DNA of 64,000 nt from Candidatus Tectimicrobiota bacterium (GTDB taxonomy: Bacteria > JACPUC01). The DNA is taken from positions 1-64,000 of the forward strand of contig JACPUC010000011.1 of assembly GCA_016192455.1 (NCBI GenBank), given 5' to 3'. Positions within the stretch are counted from its first letter, which is position 1. The number at the start of each line of letters is the position of its first letter. Shown piece by piece: positions 61,628 through 64,000 of the stretch. The notes beneath the pieces are model-generated. The model worked only from the letters and a program-made list of their open reading frames with translations, did not search any database and had not been told where the DNA came from. The translations under genes were made by a program, and so were the position numbers.

Positions 61628-62656
61628 ATGACAAAAGTGGTTTTCCTGAATCCGAGTACCTGCGGCATTTACAAGGACGGTGGCACCCGGTACAAGACCG
61701 ACCCGTCGAGTGGCAAAAGGACAATCGAGGTAGACAACGAATTGATTGAGCATGTGAACGCCTACCTCGACGGTCAACTTCCAACAGGCGCGGCCAAGGT
61801 TGAACTTGACTTGATCTTTGGTCGGCAAGTGCTCGTCCCGACTTATTATGACAACCGCTATAATGAGAAGATCAAGGAATTTCTTGAAAAGGAATGCCTT
61901 GATGGTATCACACTTGGTGAGCTGATTGAAGGTCGCATCATCCATATGCGCTATGGACATGGCAGCCCTGGGAACGATCAGCGTTCGGGGCATATCCCGT
62001 ACGTGAAAGTGTCGGACGTTCGTGGGCTACGGATTAACATCAACCCGACGAATCTCGTTAGTGAGAGTGTTGCTAAGAGGTTTTGGCGGGGGACTGACAG
62101 CGGCCTTACAGCGTGGGACCTCATCACCCCTAATCGGGCCAGCAGCAACATCGGCGAGTTTGCAATTCTCCTTCCTGGCGAAGAGCGGATCGTGATCACC
62201 AAAGAGGTGTTCGTTTTGCGCGTTATAGATTCAACACTACTCGATCCCTTTTATCTACTCTGGGCTCTGTCGCTGAAAGCAGTGCGTGATCAGTGGCATC
62301 GGATTGCCCTAATGCAGACAAACCGAGAGGATTGTGGGTTGCGATTTCGCGAAGTGCTTTTACCGAAACCTATGAATAAGGCATGGGCAGAGAAGGTCTC
62401 TGAACCCTTCCGTAGCTACTTTACGAGAATCTCTAATGCAAAGTCGGCATTTATTGATCGGGTTCGGAGTAGTCAGTACCAGTATGTCGCGAACGTGATT
62501 TCTGCATTGCCGCTTACGATGGCTGAGGTTAATGAATCTGAGTCCGAAGCTGAAGGCACAGTAGCGGAAATAGAGGCTCTAAAGCGTCCGCTGCCGGGCG
62601 TGAAATCTTCGCGGGGGCGAGGTGCGCCGCGGGGCAGGAGAAGAGAATGGAGCTGA
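61628..62656 (+). CDS. RM specificity (TRD-like) subunit
   Basis: TLGELI..GHGSP..IPYVKVSDV..DPFYLLWAL; follows the methylase; frame runs into the livH start; start uncertain. Confidence 0.65.
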   Translation: MTKVVFLNPSTCGIYKDGGTRYKTDPSSGKRTIEVDNELIEHVNAYLDGQLPTGAAKVELDLIFGRQVLVPTYYDNRYNEKIKEFLEKECLDGITLGELIEGRIIHMRYGHGSPGNDQRSGHIPYVKVSDVRGLRININPTNLVSESVAKRFWRGTDSGLTAWDLITPNRASSNIGEFAILLPGEERIVITKEVFVLRVIDSTLLDPFYLLWALSLKAVRDQWHRIALMQTNREDCGLRFREVLLPKPMNKAWAEKVSEPFRSYFTRISNAKSAFIDRVRSSQYQYVANVISALPLTMAEVNESESEAEGTVAEIEALKRPLPGVKSSRGRGAPRGRRREWS

Positions 62657-63519
62657 GTGGTTTCCTCCAACTCGTGGTTGCCGGCATTCTCCTCGGAGCC
62701 CAGTACGCCCTCATCTCGATCGGCATGACCCTCATCTTCGGCGTCATGCGCCTCTTCTCCTTCGCCCACGGCGGCTTCTTCGTCCTGGCGGCCTACCTGA
62801 CCTTCCAAGGAAACATGGTGATGGGGCTGCCGTTCTTCCTGGCGGCGGCCCTGACCGCCGTGCTGATGTTCGGCGTCGGCATGCTGGTCGACCACGTCTT
62901 CATCCGGCCGATCCGCAGGCGCGTGGGGGCGGTGGTGGTCGCCACGCTGATGCTGGCGTTCATCCTGCAGGAGGGGACGAAGGTCGTGTGGGGGACTGAT
63001 TTCCACACCTTCCGTCCCTTCCTGACGGGGACCGCGAGCCTCTGGGAGGTGCGCTTCGAGTACCAGCGCAGCGTCACCTTCTTCATCAGCATGGCGGTGA
63101 TCGGCGGCTTTCACCTCTACCTGAAGTGGAGCCGCTTCGGGCGGGCGATGCGCATGGTGGCCCAGGACCGCGATGCGGCCCAGCTCCTCGGCATCAACGT
63201 CAACCGCGTGTACCTGGTGAGCTTCGGGCTGTCGGCGGCCTTCGCGGGCCTGGCGGCTTCCTTCGTCACGCCGCTCGAGGTGCTCTACCCGGCGATGGGA
63301 ACGGAGTACCTCCTCATCGCCATGGCCGTCATGCTGCTGGCCGGGCTGGGACGCATCAACGGCTGCATCGCCACGGGCTTCATCTTCGGCATCATTCAGA
63401 ACTTCACCGGCTACTTCCTGAGTCCCAAGCTGGCCATCGTCAGCATCTTCATCGTCCTCATCCTGGTGCTCCTCTGCCGTCCCACCGGCCTCTTCCGCGG
63501 CGAGGTCTTGGGAGTCTGA
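62647..63519 (+). CDS. livH: Branched-chain amino acid ABC permease
   Basis: GMTLIFGVMRLFSFAHG; GRAMRMVAQD. Confidence 0.88.
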   Translation: MELSGFLQLVVAGILLGAQYALISIGMTLIFGVMRLFSFAHGGFFVLAAYLTFQGNMVMGLPFFLAAALTAVLMFGVGMLVDHVFIRPIRRRVGAVVVATLMLAFILQEGTKVVWGTDFHTFRPFLTGTASLWEVRFEYQRSVTFFISMAVIGGFHLYLKWSRFGRAMRMVAQDRDAAQLLGINVNRVYLVSFGLSAAFAGLAASFVTPLEVLYPAMGTEYLLIAMAVMLLAGLGRINGCIATGFIFGIIQNFTGYFLSPKLAIVSIFIVLILVLLCRPTGLFRGEVLGV

Positions 63520-63522
63520 TCC

Positions 63523-64000
63523 ATGCTGGACGAGCGCGAACCCCAGCCGGCGGAACCGCGCGGCGCAGGCGGCGGGCGGGGCTGGATGTGGAGGGCGGGG
63601 CTGATCGCCGCGGCATTCGCCGCGCCGCTCTTTCTCAATGATCTCTGGCTCTACCTCCTGGTGATCGTCAATATCTGGGCGCTCCTCGCCGTAACCTGGG
63701 GGTTCAAGATCGCCGTCGTCGGCCTCATTGACCTGGGCCACGCGGTCTTCTTCGGCGCCGGCGCTTACGCCACGGCCTTCCTCACCACTCGCTTCGGGGT
63801 TGATCCCTGGCTGGCGCTCGCGGGCTCCGGTTTCGTCGCCGTGCTGGTCGGCCTGGTGGTGGCGCTGCCCGCGCTCCGCCTGATCGGCGGCTACCTGGCC
63901 ATCCTGACCCTCGCCTACTCGGAGGCGATGCGCATCTTCGCCACCACCGCCAGGGACTACACCGGCGCCGAGGAGGGCATCCGCGACATCCCCCCGCTCC
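63523..64000 (+). CDS. livM: Branched-chain amino acid ABC permease (partial, runs off window)
   Basis: GLIDLGHAVFFGAGAY; RLIGGYLAILTLA; TGAEEG. Confidence 0.85.
   Translation, partial: MLDEREPQPAEPRGAGGGRGWMWRAGLIAAAFAAPLFLNDLWLYLLVIVNIWALLAVTWGFKIAVVGLIDLGHAVFFGAGAYATAFLTTRFGVDPWLALAGSGFVAVLVGLVVALPALRLIGGYLAILTLAYSEAMRIFATTARDYTGAEEGIRDIPPL

Overview
High-GC bacterial chromosomal window, mostly housekeeping, transport and redox genes: mgtE, two branched-chain-type (liv) ABC operons, NitT/TauT ABC parts, ddl, an M16 peptidase, an AprA/AsfA-like flavoprotein with ferredoxin, rhomboid, HD-GYP, ccdA, acs, rne, pyrK-pyrD, Crp/Fnr and an acyl-CoA dehydrogenase. The main signal missed by the ORF track is selenocysteine recoding. 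A convergent OsmC-like and AhpD-like gene pair is each split by an in-frame TGA at a conserved Cys position. An unannotated 36-codon membrane micropeptide also has an in-frame TGA. All three TGAs are followed by hairpins of matching geometry (YGT-starting loop 18-20 nt downstream), like bacterial SECIS elements. Accessory DNA includes a decayed MNT/HEPN toxin-antitoxin array interleaved with a BREX PglX-like methyltransferase fragment and an IS1182 remnant, and a hicB-hicA islet. A lower-GC restriction-modification island sits inside one liv operon and a beta-propeller gene splits the other. There is also a microhomology-joined pyrD/btuF-like tandem duplication and several families of modular MITE/REP-like intergenic repeats. 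No rRNA, tRNA or CRISPR array was recognised. Family calls come from motif recognition only; no database searches were run.
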